DNA of 64,000 nt from Eledone cirrhosa (lineage: Eukaryota), in the NCBI GenBank assembly GCA_964016885.1, contig OZ024742.1:89094001-89158000 (forward strand), written 5' to 3'. A program made the translations under genes and the position numbers. The notes under the pieces were generated by a model. That model saw nothing but the letters and a program-made list of their open reading frames with translations. It did no database searches and was not told the DNA's origin. Shown piece by piece: positions 38,000 to 55,817 of the stretch. Positions within the stretch are counted from its first letter, which is position 1, and the number at the start of each line of letters is the position of its first letter.

Positions 38000-39500
38000 A
38001 GAAGCACTGGTAGCTGCTCAATCACATAAAAATCTCAAGAATATGATGAAAAAATGAAATACGAATTGAAACTGCTAAGTGGGTGGAACGTATGATAGGA
38101 GTCTCTTGGAGGCAACCGGAGTTGAAAGCGTCAGACAGAGCAAGTATGATGGGACTAGAGCTGTTAACAGCACCCCTCTCCCACATGATACTTGATTCAA
38201 TAAGACGCCACTGGAATACAGAGAGAAGTCGTTTAATAAGCGAAACAACCAAAGTAAGCAGAACAATGATGTACGTAGAAATCAATAGTATCATCAACTC
38301 CAGAAAACAATGCTAACTGTCGAACAGGGGTGTAGACAAAATTCGCAGGAAACCAAAGACCATCTTATTGATAACAAAGCGACCATGAATAACGGCAAAA
38401 GACGTCTGAAGAATTTATGCATTTAACATTGTTCCAGATTCACGGGTACTGAGAGTATTTGAGGTAGCAGATTGTTTTAATGAATTGGAATTTAGCATGT
38501 ATTTCTGCAAAACAAATCTGTATGCAGGAAATATACAGCTATCTCTGGTCAACAAAGTAAGAGGAATATTTCAAGGAGACTCCTTCTTACCATTACTCTT
38601 TGTTATTTTCATGATTCCTCAATCAATGGTTTAACGGGATACAATATCAGAAGGAAAACAGACGTTTTAAGATCAATCATCTAATTTTCATGGATGATCT
38701 GAAGCTCGTTGGCAGGAATGAATTTCATCTTAATTCACTCGTCAAACTGTCCACTGATGTTGCGGAAGCATTGGAATTGAGTTTGGTATTGCAAAGTGTG
38801 CCACCTTGACTATGAAAAGGGGTAGGCATGGTGGGATTGAGATACCTGATGGAGAATTAATTGGTGACCCCGGGGACAGTGGGTACAAACACCTGGGTAT
38901 TTTGGAGGTTGACAAAGTTCTAAATGGGTGAAAGGAAAAGAGAAACGAAACCCATCTAAATAGGTGAGGATTGCTACCGAAAAGGAAATTGAATAGGAAG
39001 AACTTAAATCACCGCCATCAATGTCTTTTAGCTTTAGTGCAGCTGTTTTGAAGAAATGATGGGCTAACGCGTAAGAAAATGGTTGACAATGGTGCTTTGC
39101 ACCCAATGACAAATGCCATCAGCCAACGAACACTAAGAGATGTTATAGGTCGAGGATTTGTATGTGTGAAGGATTGGGTGGCGAACAGGTACAGGTTGTT
39201 AGACGCGTATTTTGTCAGTAGTAAAGAAGAAATGTGAAGCTATGTTGCCAAACGCAGACGCCTATGGAGTGAAAATATTGAAAGTAAAGAAAAGTTTAAA
39301 CAGAGGGTGCTGTATGAGAGGATGAACACAATGGAGAGTACCGAATGGTATGAACAATTTGAAAGAAGAACAAAGGAAGTAGAAGGGGGATATTCATAGA
39401 ATTGGTTAACAAAATGTAATCTTAATAGAGTGATAGAACGTATATTAATATATGTTCAAAATCAAGCACTACGCAGAAAAACAATAAGGGTAGAACCACC
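38000..39500 (+). mobile_element. Ancient decayed R4/Dong-like RT
   Basis: Remnants of GIFQGDSFLPLLF, INHLIFMDDLKL, EFGIAKCA and YKHLG. Confidence 0.8.
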
Positions 39501-39699
39501 CATGTGCGACGCAGATACCCCAGCAATCTTGAACCATTCAACAATTCGAGGTCAATCGAGAAGGGTATGCCTCTACTCCTCAAATTATCTATATATGTGT
39601 GTGTGTATGCATATACACCTCTTTACCATTCACGCAGAATATCTGAGATACCGGATATAGATGGTATTTCTACTGATTGTATGTGTGCCTGTGTGTAGA

Positions 39700-42001
<2,302 letters not shown>

Positions 42002-42284
42002 GTGAGATTGGATATAGCACTGAAAATATATTTTAGGGTCTGTTTTTCTTTTTTTTTCCTTTCTTTGATTCGTCAAAGTGACATTATTGAAAACACGAGA
42101 GGGACAATTCTTTTTGAATGAAAGTTTTATAATGTATATAACGTATATAAAGTATTACCGGCTTCGATGTATTAGTAAAATTCATGTTATCCAATGCTGA
42201 GTATTACAATTAAAAAGAATGAATAAGGATTGAAAACTAAAAATTAAAGATTTAAAATTACATATTTATATATATGTATATATG

Positions 42285-42994
<710 letters not shown>

Positions 42995-43258
42995 AATCAA
43001 GAAAGAAGAGTGACACGGTTTGCTATACAATAAGGGCTGAATAAAGCCCTTATTGTATAGCAAACCGTGTCACTCTTCTTTCTTGATTTATCATTACTCC
43101 AAGTGTAAACTACATAGAAATCACCGCGTACTCGCAGCATCACTATGGAAACGCCTTGTTGAGTCAAACTTAGCCAAGCGTTGATACTATCCACTACTCG
43201 GAGTACCCTAACTGGACTACATCTAAGTGGACTACCTATAAAAATTATTGGTTATCCC

Positions 43259-43409
<151 letters not shown>

Positions 43410-43447
43410 TATATACATATCTGTGTGTGTGTGTGTCTATATGTATG

Positions 43448-43534
<87 letters not shown>

Positions 43535-43539
<5 letters not shown>

Positions 43540-44850
43540 TTAATATTCCCTACAACTTAGCCAAGAGAATCTGTACTATAGTCTCCAATAAAAACATCTG
43601 CTACTTACGGCTACAAGAACTAAAGGACACACTCATAGGCAGGGACTACCCTGCATCACTAATTGACAATGGAATCCAACGTGACCTAAAACTCAGTACC
43701 CAGGACCTTAGACACCCTAAAGTAAATCAACCAAAACTAAAAGCTCTTCCATACATCTCCACACACAACCCCCTCAACAACGAGGCCTTTGACACCATCC
43801 TCCAGAACATCCCTGTATTGAAAAAGGACCATAGAATGAACCAAATTCTACGAACACACGATATCATAAAGAGCAAAAGACAATCCAAGTCAATGAAAAA
43901 CATCTTAACACATGCCAAAGTACTGCCAACCACAACAACGAAACCCACAGTAAAAAAATGCGATAGACCCAACTGTGGCATTTGCATCAACCTAATAGAG
44001 GGTTCGGAATTCTATTTCAAAGATGGACAATGTTTTATAGTAAAACACAATTTCACATGTGCAACGGAAAATTTAATATATGTATTAACTTGTTCAGGTT
44101 GTCGAGAACAATACATAGGCCAGACTAAAAACAGCCTCCGCCAACGCATGACTGTCCATATATCCCAAATTAAAATACGGGAATACAGGAAAATACCACT
44201 GAGTGAACACATTGATACCTGCGCCGCCCAAAATCATCCCAACTTCAGAATCTTTCCCCTCTACAAATTTAAAGATAATGCCACCCACACCCAGCGCATC
44301 AGCAAGGAATCTTACTTCATTAACAAATACGGACCCCGTCTAAACACTTCTCCCTAAGACGAACCCACAACATACACACGTCAACATACATACCTACATC
44401 AGCACACATCTCTACCCACATATAAACACAATGACACACGTAAACACACATGCTCTATGGTGCAATACAAAAAAATATATGTGCATATATATGTATGTAT
44501 ATATGTATATATATATATATATATGTAGTGAAAATATATATGTGTGTGTGTGTGTGTATATATATATAGTGAATATCATTTCACACCTTTTATTGTTAAG
44601 ATTGTTGATGTTCTATTAAGAGAACCGATTTTACTGAAAAAATCGAATAATGTACACCATTTTACCAGGGGGGAAAAAATACTGGTCCACCCACACACGC
44701 ACACACACACACACACACACACATATATACACAAACACATACACACGCGTACATCAACATACAAAGAGACTTATACACACACACACACACACACGCACTT
44801 CTCCGTATAAGACAAAAGCTGAAAAATATCTTTTGACCTTCGAATGACTC
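43535..44850 (+). mobile_element. 5'-truncated Penelope-like element, GIY-YIG end (ORF stop 44357)
   Basis: CDRPNCGIC...[34 protein letters not shown]. The 5' end sits in (TA)n. Confidence 0.88.
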
Positions 44851-44864
44851 TGCTGTGTGTATGT

Positions 44865-44932
<68 letters not shown>

Positions 44933-45001
44933 ATCTTAATAGCCATTTGACACACATCGCTGGTGGCTATTGTCGCAGCATCGAACACCTTACTACTACT
45001 A

Positions 45002-45039
<38 letters not shown>

Positions 45040-45064
45040 TTGTTGTGAAAGAGTCATTTCTCAA

Positions 45065-45300
45065 TCTTGGCGCAAAACCAATTTTTTATCCACATGACCT
45101 CTACCGACCAATCAAAATTGTTTTGACCAATAATTTTTGCTGGAGCCACTTTTCTAACATTTTAACATAAAAACAGTCTTGGCGCAAAATCAACTTTTTA
45201 CATTCACATGACCTCTACCGACCAATCAAAATTGTTTTGACCACAAGCATTTTTGCAACACAAAAATAACGCTGGAGCCATTTTTTTTAACATAAAAACA
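45065..45300. repeat. Tandem direct duplication (~113 bp units)
   Basis: TCTTGGCGCAAA...CACATGACCTCTACCGACCAATCAAAATTGTTTTGACCA occurs twice. Confidence 0.85.
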
Positions 45301-45517
45301 GGTAGAATTCCCAAAACTAATCAGATCAGAGCAAACAGCACGGACACTCTATCTCAAAATTATTTTTGAAAAGCATTTAGAAATGCGCAACCGGTAAAAA
45401 CTTAAAAACTTAAAACCACAACTAAATACTAACCCATACAATCACTAATACTCTTTTATTCCTAATTAAACCATTTTTCAACTGTGAACAATTTGTCAGC
45501 ATTTTCTATTCCGTTTA

Positions 45518-45560
<43 letters not shown>

Positions 45561-46698
45561 GGGATAACCAATCATTGTTATAGGTAGTCCACTTAGATGT
45601 AATCTGAGTTTTTCGAATATTAATAATAATATTCGATTCGTTTGCAATTATGCAAACAGCCACATTTTTAAAGCCATGTCAGTAGAATGGGCCCCTCATT
45701 CTTGCTCTCGTGTTGGCATGTAAACTGCAGAAAATAGACTGATCATGGTGATGATGAGATAATTGAACGAATGAACGGACGTAGAATAACACGGCGTTAA
45801 AATGTTCTGTAGATAGCTAATAGCTATAGATTTTATCACATAGAATCAGAGACGAGATCATATAGTTACCATATTTGACGATCTTTCGATTACAGTGTCA
45901 GGTTCGATCTATAATAGGTCCTTGCTGATCGATAGTGAAACATATAATATGCTATTAGATATGTTATGATGCAACATTGTGTCCTTGATCCTAATCCTTA
46001 TAGTATATATAAATATATGTATATATTTGTGTGTGTGTGATATTGTAGACACATGACCATTTTTACAGACCTCACCATCCTTAGCAAAGCATGTTATATA
46101 GCCACTTAATGAAAACCCTTTATTTGCTTAGAATAAATGAACCTTGAAAATTAGGAGTGCCTGTCAGTGTGTAAGTGTTTGTCTATAGGTGCTTAGCGTG
46201 AATTTACTCTCGCCTTTGTATCACTGTGTATTTTTTTCCTCTAAATATGTTTTTTTCAAATAAACCCCATACTTTAAATCCACCGGCCAATGAACTCCAC
46301 CCATCCCAATCAGCACCTACCTTCCCCTTCCACAATAAAATGTATAAATACCACCATGTCACATTGACAGCTGGCTTTCCTGATGATTTCCTTCGAATGA
46401 AACAGTTCTAGTCCTGTAGAAGCCTTTTCTATTTTAAACATATATATTTATATATTAAAATATATATATATAAATAATATATATATATATTAAACATATA
46501 TATATATATTAAAATATATATATTATTTCTTATTATTTATTATTAATACTATATATATATATATAGTTGTACTTATATATAGAATTATAAATAAGATATG
46601 GGTAATATTGTATGTTACCCGATTACCAGTAAGATAATTAGCTCAATGTAAAATATGAAGCACGCACAAACGCGCGCGCACACAAACACACACACAAA

Positions 46699-46729
<31 letters not shown>

Positions 46730-46755
46730 GCGCACACATACATACATACACACAC

Positions 46756-46795
<40 letters not shown>

Positions 46796-47049
46796 ATATA
46801 TTGTTATACTTTGGGAGGGTCATACAGCATGACCCTCCCAAAATATAACAATATCTGTTTCAACACACGTTTTCAGATATGAAATCTTGAAAAAACAAAT
46901 TCGAAAATGACTTATATATATATTAAAATAACAGATTAAAGTTTAAGCAAAGAATCGCTGGATTGTTTTGTATATATATTATCCTTATCGGGCCTTTTCC
47001 GGATTCACATTTATTATTATTACTATATATATATATATGTATATGTATA

Positions 47050-49800
47050 TATATAAATATATATATAAATATAATTGAAAAAGTGAAGAATAACATGGTC
47101 AACAGTACAAAAAAGGGGAATTTATTTACAGTCTAACAATTGTTTCTCTGATTAAGTCGTCTAAAAATTGCTGAACACTAGAAGCAGTGCCACTCAATTT
47201 CAAATACGATGCTAGCTCGATCAGATCATCAGAAACTGTTACTTAAAATATATATATATCCGGCAAAGTTACAAATTCAAATTACATCATCAATAATAAT
47301 ATTAATAATAAAGATAGAGAGAGAAAAAAGAAAGAAAGGGAGATGGATAAAGGAAAGAAAGAAAGTAAAAAGAAAAAGAAAAAAGAAAAAGAGAAAGAAA
47401 AAGAGAAAGAAAAAGAAAAAGAAAAAGAAAAAGAAAAAGAAAAAGAAAAAGAAAAAGAAAAAGAAAAAGGAGAAATGAATGCAGAGAAAAATATAGAGAG
47501 AAGAAAAGACATGGAGAAATGATGGTAGAAAGAGGAGAGACAAGCATAGGGAGAAATAACGTAGGAGAGAAAGAAAAATAGAGAGAAAATAATGATATCA
47601 ACAATAAAAGTATAAACGCTAAATGTAAATAAAAATAAAAATAAATATATATATATAAATAAATAAATTATATCTAAACAAAATGGTACAAAATGTTGAA
47701 AATGAAAAATGAAAAATGAAAATATGAAAATAAATAAGTAAAAAAGTAAAAATGTGCGAAGAAAATTTTAACATATTAAGATTATTGAGAGTGGTTTTTG
47801 AGAGTGGCTAAAATATAGAGAGATACAAAGGTATAAATATGATAATGTTAAATATATTTATGTGTGTATTGGTTATTTTAATAAATAAATAAATTAATTA
47901 TTTGTAAGTTATATTATATGATAAAATAAAATGCCTGAGATGAAATAAATTTAGGGAGAGAAATATAGAGATAGAGAGTGAAAGATAGAGATATATAAAA
48001 TAACAATGTAAATATGAGGTTATGATGTTGTTCATTGATAGATGATGACAATTATAATAATAATGATGATTATGATGATAATGTGATATTATTATAGATC
48101 TAAGTGGTACAATTTGGGTTATGGAATAGATAAGATGAAATTAAGCTGGTCTAAAGTTCTCAAATTTGGTCGCCGTTTTATGCCGACAGAAAATAGATTT
48201 TTCAATTTTACTCTTAAGATTTTGTAATTTAAAATTGAGAAAAATTCCATATTACAGAGACCGTAGTGGGACATACCAATTTGATAGGCCGTTGCTTTTG
48301 ATAGCTTCGTCCAACTGATTTTATATTCCATGTTTGCATCCTTGACTTGCTAGATTTTATTGGTGAGAGTCGTTATATTTAAGAGGTTCCTGTTAACCAT
48401 AGAGTATCTATGGACGTACCACCTTTTCTTAAACTCCCCAGCTGTGGAGCCAATGTAATGCCATGCTAAGCTACCTAAATTTATAGTACATAGGTATACT
48501 ATATTTGTCTCTAGGCATTTATTTTGTAAAGGGCATTTGTCAGGTAGATGGCAGTTACATTTAGAGGCTTTTCTATGTGCCGGTTCTTCGATATGGTTTT
48601 GTAGGTTGCTATGTACGGGCTGATAATTGGGTTTGTTGATGTATTGTGGTGATGTGTTCTGACGTGTGTTTGGTTGTGATGATGTTATATGCTTATGTTT
48701 TGTATTTGGTGTTATGGTACTTATTTTCAGGCTACTTATATTATAAATTATTTTATAGTTAATTTTATGTATGTGCGATTCTATGTTGTTGGCAGTGGAG
48801 TATGATAGTTTGATAGTTTTTTCTATTAAAGATTTAATGATATTTATGAATTTTAGGGAAGGGTTTGTCAACCAATTTGAAGAAAGTGTAAGGTAATTTT
48901 GTTTTTATAGAGTAGTTAAACATTGGATTGAACCATAAGTAGTTTATATTTCTGCATGTTCTATAGTTATTAGTGGTCTTCATATTAGTATTTTGTTCAA
49001 TAAATTTACGTGCTTGTTGCCAATTTCTATGTTTAGTCCTAGATTTGTTGCTTCTATAGGTGTGGATAGTGTTATTAGTATTAAGTGTGTTGTTATTTTT
49101 TGTATCTTGTATGTATTTGAGTCTCTCTTTATGGCTTGCCTTAAGTAAAGCTATGTTGTAGTAGTTAGCGTGTTCGTTAAAAATCTTTAGGTTAGAAGAT
49201 AGGCGCGAGATTCTAAGAGATATACTATGTGCTATGGAGTTAATTATGGATCGAGGGTGATTAGAGTTATAATCAATGTAAGCTAAATTTTCATTATCTT
49301 TAAGGAAGGGTTCTATTAGTCCTGTGTTAAGGTTGAGCGATACATCTAAGAAGTTAGCTTTTTTAGAGTTGGGTTCAAAGGTGATGTTAAGGCCTAAATT
49401 ATTAAAGAATTTTCTAATCTTTTCCGCAATCATTCTAAGTTTTAATTATTTAGGTTTTTAGCTAAAAATAGTGTATCGTCTCTATAAATTTCTCCTTGTA
49501 GGTTATCAAATTCCCTATGTAAGATATGCGGTATATGAATTCCGAGAATGTCTATAACTTGGGCTGAATCATTTGATCCCATAGTTATATCGAAGTTATT
49601 CTGCCTATTTTTTCGTTCTCAGTAACTATTGTCGAATCTAATGATTGTTATTATAGCAGCTAGTATTATTTTCATTGGTGATAGGTCAGAGGTTTCTTGT
49701 GCAAAGGATAGTGCCTTATTTAAGGTTACTGGGGAAATAGAAGAGTAGTAGTCATTTATGTCAAATTGCATAAAGTCAGAAGATACTCTATTGTTTAATT
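47050..49800 (-). mobile_element. Penelope-like element (YRDD-type RT, C-terminal CNC...CPL...GIY-YIG), disrupted, with hammerhead-bearing 3' pLTR
   Basis: FMQFDINDYYSSI, IYRDD, NFLDVSLNL, CNCHLPDKCPLQNKCLETNIVY...YIGST. Confidence 0.88.
47129..47238 (-). ncRNA. Type I hammerhead motif in the 3' pLTR of the minus-strand Penelope
   Basis: CAGTTT-CTGATGA-TCTGAT...ATCAGA-GAAAC-AATT-GTT-AGACTG. Confidence 0.8.
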
Positions 49801-49859
49801 TATTAATATCATTGTATTTATTTAATATCATTGTATATATATATATATATATATATACA

Positions 49860-52348
49860 ATGATATTAAATAAATGGAAAGTATATTTATAAAACCATAT
49901 TTATTCTATTATATATAATTCAAGGGTACCACAACTTTGGTACGCCCTCATCAGAGAAAATACAAAGTTTGTTTTATAAATATTGACATAACCAGGAAAG
50001 AATAACTTAACGGTTCAAGTTTTTCCTGGATAGTGAAGAAAAAAGGGAAAGAGAAGAAAAGTCAAATATTTCAAATTATTAAGATGAGTGTGCAAATGAG
50101 GTTGAGGTATAGGGCTGAAAAAACGTTATTTTTAGACGCTATGTAGATTTAAATAATTAGGATATATGTATGTATGTGTAGGAAGAAGAAAAAGAAAGAA
50201 AGAAGAGCTTGTATTTACGTTAATTTAATAAGAATTAACAGTTTGTAGGAATGCTGGAATATGATTCCAGAAGTGAAAAATTATTTAGCTATATTATGAG
50301 TTATAATATTGTATATATAATCAATTAGATTATATGAAGAATTATGGTTGTAATTACATTTTATCTTATTACATTACAACAGGTTGTAAGTATATAAATA
50401 TCTATATAGATTAATAATTGTGCATGTATAATTATTATTGGTGATTTTATAAAAATATAAATAAATCACAATTATTAGTTGTTTACATTTCTCATATAAG
50501 TTACGAAGGTGTTGATTTTGCATTTTACATAAAATAACACATAGTTCAAGTTGTAAGAGGAGAACAATTTGTAGATTCAAATATTTTGTTCCAATATTGA
50601 AAATATTTTCAGAATATTGTTAATTTAGCGAAGGTATATAGTTTATATAGTTTTATAGTTTATCATACATGTTTGCTCGATTGAAAAGGAAAAGATAACT
50701 CCAATCTTGTTTGCTAACCGTTAAATTTGATGAATGATTTACTCAGAAAATATGTAGGGAAAATTATATATTATTTTGTGTGTGATTAATTTTTTCAAGG
50801 ATGAGAGTTTCAATTATATATTATTTTAGTCGAAAGATGTGTGAAAAGTTTGAAGATCAAAGAAGAGGAAAAAGTATTGTGCATTTCGAAGAACTAACGT
50901 AAAGAGGATAACTTTCAGAATGTCAATTAAAGATTATCAATCTACATTTAAAAAAATAGATTTAGAGGAGTATCATCAGGAAAATAATGTCAAATGGTAA
51001 AAATATTAAGATTAAGAAGGAAGATCATTTTAAAAAAATTTAGATTTTTAAAGAAATACTCAGTAAATAATAGGATCATTTTAAAGGTGTATAAGATATA
51101 GTCAAGTGTAATGAATATCATAAATTAAAAATACTTCTCAAAGTGGAATTTTGGCGATGTCTGCAACTAGAAAATAATTCTGTTTTAAGATTAATAGAGT
51201 TTTGATTATATTAATTTTAATATTTTTACCATTTCACATTATTTTCCTAATGAAACTCCTCTAAATCTATTTTTTAGATGTAGATTGATAATCTTTAAAT
51301 GACATTCTGAAAGTTATCCTCTATACGATAGTTCTTCGAAATTCACAATACTTTTTTCCTCTTCTTTGATCTTCAAACTTTTCACACATCTTTCGACTAA
51401 AATAATATATAATTGAAACTCTCATCCTTGAAAAAATTAATCTCACACAAAATAATATATATAATTTTCTCTACATAGTTTCTGAGTAAATCATTCATCA
51501 AATTTAACGGTTAGCAAACAAGATTGGAGTTATCTTTTCCTTTTCAATCGAGCAAACATAAATATATCATGTATGATAAACTATATACCTTCGCTAAATT
51601 AACAATATTCTGCAAACATTTTCAATGTTGGAACAAAATATTTGAATCTACAAATTGTTCTCCTCTTACAACTTGAACTACGTGTTTTTTATGTAAATAA
51701 CAAAATCAACATCGTTCGTAACTAATATGAGAAATGTAAACAACTAATAATTGTGATTTATTTCTATTTCTATAAAATCACCAATAATACTTATACATGC
51801 TACAATTATTAATCTATATAGATATTTATATACTTACAACCTGTTGTAATGTAATAAGATAAAATGTAATTACAACCATAATTCTTCATATAATCTAATT
51901 GATTATATATACAATATTATAACTCATAATATAGCTAAATAATTTTTCACTTCTGGAATCATATTCCACCATTCCTACAAACTGTTAATTCTTATTAAAT
52001 TAACGTAAATACAAGCTCTTCTTTCTTTCTTTTTCTTCTTCCTACACATACGTACATATATCCTAATTATTTAAATCTACATAGCGTCCAAAAATAACGT
52101 TTTTTCAGCCCTATACCTCAACCTCATTTGCATACTCATCTTAATAATTTTTTTCTCTTTCCCTTCTTTCTTCACTATCCAGGAAAAACTTGAACCGTAA
52201 AGTTATTCTTTCCTGGTTATGTCAATATTTATAAAACAAACGTTGTATTTTCTCTGATGAGAGCGTACCTAAGTTGTGGTACCCTTGAAATATATATAAT
52301 AGAATAAATATGGTTTTATAAATATAGATTCCATTTATTTAATATCAT
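49860..52348. repeat. Large inverted repeat (arms 49860-51015 and 51212-52348) of pLTR-like sequence
   Basis: Arms are reverse-complementary over about 1.1 kb. A hammerhead core lies near each outer end. Confidence 0.92.
52246..52306 (+). ncRNA. Type I hammerhead motif (homologues ~49902-49962 minus, 80-143 plus, 61072-61118 plus)
   Basis: TATTTTCT-CTGATGA-GAGCGTACC...GGTACCCTT-GAAA-TATATA-TA-ATAGAATA. Confidence 0.7.
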
Positions 52349-52438
52349 GGAATATTATACTCCAGAAAACTGTAGAGTGCTTTGAATCAGTTATAAACAT
52401 TTGTATTTGTTGAATTACCAACAAATATCCCTCTTGCT

Positions 52439-52475
<37 letters not shown>

Positions 52476-52543
52476 ATATAAATATATATATATATATATA
52501 TGTGTGTGTATGTGTGTGTGTGTATGTGTGTGTGTGGGTGTGT

Positions 52544-52633
<90 letters not shown>

Positions 52634-52880
52634 ATATATATTTATTTATATCAAAGAGATCCATGTTGACATTGTAGTATATTTACGTATTAATCTTCTC
52701 ATGGCTGTTTCTGTAAATTTGGAAAAATTGCTGGTTTGGTGATAGTCATTATGAACCAGAAACCTGTTAAGGGTTGTCTCCCTGGTAATTAAAATAATTT
52801 ATTAAATATATAATGTTAATTTGCTTTTTATCTTCGCCACTAACACTTCATTTAAATATTTTAAAGACATTGAAACTTAC

Positions 52881-52964
52881 CATCATCTATACAAGTGTAG
52901 AAAAGTTCCTTGACCTTTTTTACTGGTGAAATTGTGTCCTTCGTTTCTGCTTCGGTAATCAATG
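52881..52964 (-). CDS. M13 peptidase exon 5 (SLITEAETKDTISPVKKVKELFYTCIDD)
   Basis: Matches the neprilysin KxKxxYxSCxD motif. TAG/GTAAGT, 84 nt, in phase. Confidence 0.9.
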
Positions 52965-53093
52965 CTAAAATATTAAAATATTAAATAGGAATTATTTAAA
53001 TAAATACATATATACGTGAATACACACACTACACAAATACACACACAAATACATACATACATACATACATACATACATACATACATACATACA

Positions 53094-53125
<32 letters not shown>

Positions 53126-53485
53126 CAGTATTGTAACACGATCCCTCGTCGGTTGAACTATTGTGCAAATTACTCTGTTGCTCAATCACTTAACTTTAAC
53201 GTAATTTTTTAATAGCATCGGGGTGATAGGGCATGTGACAAACTTGTTCGATTGAATTATAGACACATTCCAAACGATGCATGTACCCTCACGTTCCACC
53301 TACATAATTTCACTTACAATGCTTGAGTTTATCCGAGGTTGTGCTCCAAAAACTTGTCCAAGATACCACGCATTCGAATGAAAGCCATGTCCTCATGATA
53401 GCGTGGAGAACCGCTTAACAACTCGACTATGCCCATGTCATATTCAATTTTAACCACATACGCACTCAGACACACACACACACAG

Positions 53486-53529
<44 letters not shown>

Positions 53530-53629
53530 CGAAGGAAGTGTGGCAAGGAACCAGATGGACCATATCGCACCAGAGAACTCAATACTTAGGGTAGTAAACT
53601 CAATACTTAGGGTAGTAGAGTGGGTAATA

Positions 53630-53738
53630 GGAAAATGTTTAACCCCGATGGCAGAGCTCAAGCCGTTTCGACGGCTATTTCAGTCCAGAAATGGCCGTCG
53701 AAACGGCTCGAGCTCTGCCATCGGGGTTAAACATTTTC
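53630..53738. repeat. GC-rich near-perfect palindrome at the end of a repeat shared with 59300-59445
   Basis: GAAAATGTTTAACCCCGATGGCAGAGCTC...GAGCTCTGCCATCGGGGTTAAACATTTTC. Confidence 0.85.
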
Positions 53739-53771
53739 ACATATATATATATATATGTGTGTGTGTGTGTA

Positions 53772-53803
<32 letters not shown>

Positions 53804-53986
53804 TGTGTGTGTGTGTGTGTCTGTGTGTGTGTGTATAAATATATATGTATAGTTATATATATAAACATGCACACACGCACACAAGTACATACACAAATGT
53901 GCACAAATGTGCAGATATATAATTCAATTTTAAAAAAATAATAAAATGATAAAATATTAGAAGCATTGTTGAAATGGTATACATAC

Positions 53987-54151
53987 ATAATAGTCTGGTT
54001 TCTACTTTTGCCATCATTGTAATCAAAATCCCATATGAACTATCTCGGAATGGAAAAACCGGATGGTTTTTTATATAGTTACCGCAGGAATATTGCCAAA
54101 AATTATCACAAGGTTCCACATTCCTATCCATATTATCCAAAATGTTGATCG
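53987..54151 (-). CDS. M13 peptidase exon 4 (AINILDNMDRNVEPCDNFWQYSCGNY...KVETRLL)
   Basis: Hallmark M13 N-domain motif MDxxVxPCDNF(W/Y)QYxCG. TAG/GTATGT splice sites, 165 nt. Confidence 0.93.
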
Positions 54152-54279
54152 CTAGTAGATATATAAAAATATAAATTCATGAATATATAACTTCACTATA
54201 GTGCGATAAATATATTGTTAACATTCATCTTAATATTATTTGATAGCTCCAATTTTAATATTATTATTCAACATACACT

Positions 54280-54392
54280 TCAAATCCCGCCGAGGTTAAC
54301 TTTGCCTATCATCGTTACGGGGTCGATACAATAAAGTACCAGTAATACACTGGGATAATTGCTGGCCTTGTTCCAAAAGAAGAAATTATTAT
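54280..54392 (+). mobile_element. SINE, 5'-truncated
   Basis: TTCAAATCCCGCCGAGG core with ATT tail. Confidence 0.85.
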
Positions 54393-55634
54393 TATTCAAC
54401 ATACATAACATGTAATTATTTTCAATATTTTTGCTGTCAATTATTACTAAATTATTACATGAAACCAACGTAATATTTTGAAATGATTTTAGCAATAATT
54501 TTATTGGCATTTGTCTCTTTAGTGAGCTAATGTGCCTACACCATATGTAGCCTACAGGTGTAAGCTTTTAACGCGAATGAGAAGATGCAAATGTCAATTT
54601 TTCAGGTGAAATGTATATGTGTACGTTTACAACGGTTTTGTTTAAATTTCTTTAAACATGTGCTCGTATATTGAACTTTCCCGAATCCTTTTTTGATTGC
54701 TTTTATTATTTATGAAAATGTCATAGAATGTTTTATACTCTATGGAAGGTACATCAGGTAAATACAACCCAAAATCTTGAAGTTGTGTCTACGGATAGAC
54801 AACCTCGAATATAGAGATGTAGCGTGAAATAGATCAATCGAGAATTAAATATGCAGTCAATCAGCTCTGTGGCTACGCATCTAAAAGTTCAGTTTCAAAT
54901 ATATATCTAAGGCCATGCATATTCATATAAATATCCGAAATTACGAATGTATTCTTAACAAAGACCAAACAAATCCCTTCTTCAGGGTTGTAATTTTAAC
55001 AAAAACACCAGGTGTACATTATTCTCTATTCATTGCTATCTAAATTATTTGATCGTGTAAAGACATGATAAAAACAGCAAATTAAATATTTTTCCTCACA
55101 CTTCAAAAGAATCACTATACACCATGTACAGCACCAACATACCCGTTTGTAGTTATTACTAAGCTCGGCTTTTCACCAAGAACTCATCATTCATAACGAT
55201 TGTCAACAAGCTTCCATTTTTGATGAGTCAGTCAGGGTATTTACTCTGATTTTGCTGTGACTTCAATGTGTTAAGATGAATTCATCCGATTCTCAGATAG
55301 AAAATCTAGTGTTGTATATCTTCGTGAGCAAACGCTTGTTTTATCAGGATTAATAACAATCAATGACAAAATCATTGTGAAAATCTGAATAGCGCAATTG
55401 TTATATCACACGTCAGAAGTAATGTGATGTCCAATGATATTAAATTGACCGAGTAATGAAACGATAATGTGAAAATAGCTCGAGGGAGTTTCAAATATGT
55501 CTTGTGTGATTCTAAAAGACTCTTTACGACAGTAATCTAATCGTTGAGATAATTTAATTAACATTTCTTACATATTTAACATAGAAGAGATAAAACGAAA
55601 CCATCGTAATTTAGTGCAAATATGTTTGATAATT

Positions 55635-55817
55635 TTTTCTACGTTTGGCACAAGGCCAGAAATTACGCAGTGCATTACTGGTACTTTATTTGATCGACCC
55701 CCGTAAGGATGAAAGGCAAAGTTAACCTCGGCGGGATTTGAACTCAGAATGGCAAGGGCCGTAACTCTATACGTCAAAGTATGGCGCCCGACCCTCTACC
55801 GATACTGCCAATCCACC
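55635..55817 (-). mobile_element. SINE, full length
   Basis: tRNA head and core. Confidence 0.88.

Noticed and set aside
46366-46425. CTGATGA...GAAAC hammerhead-like core
   Set aside because: Stem I does not close next to the core; at best a decayed copy.
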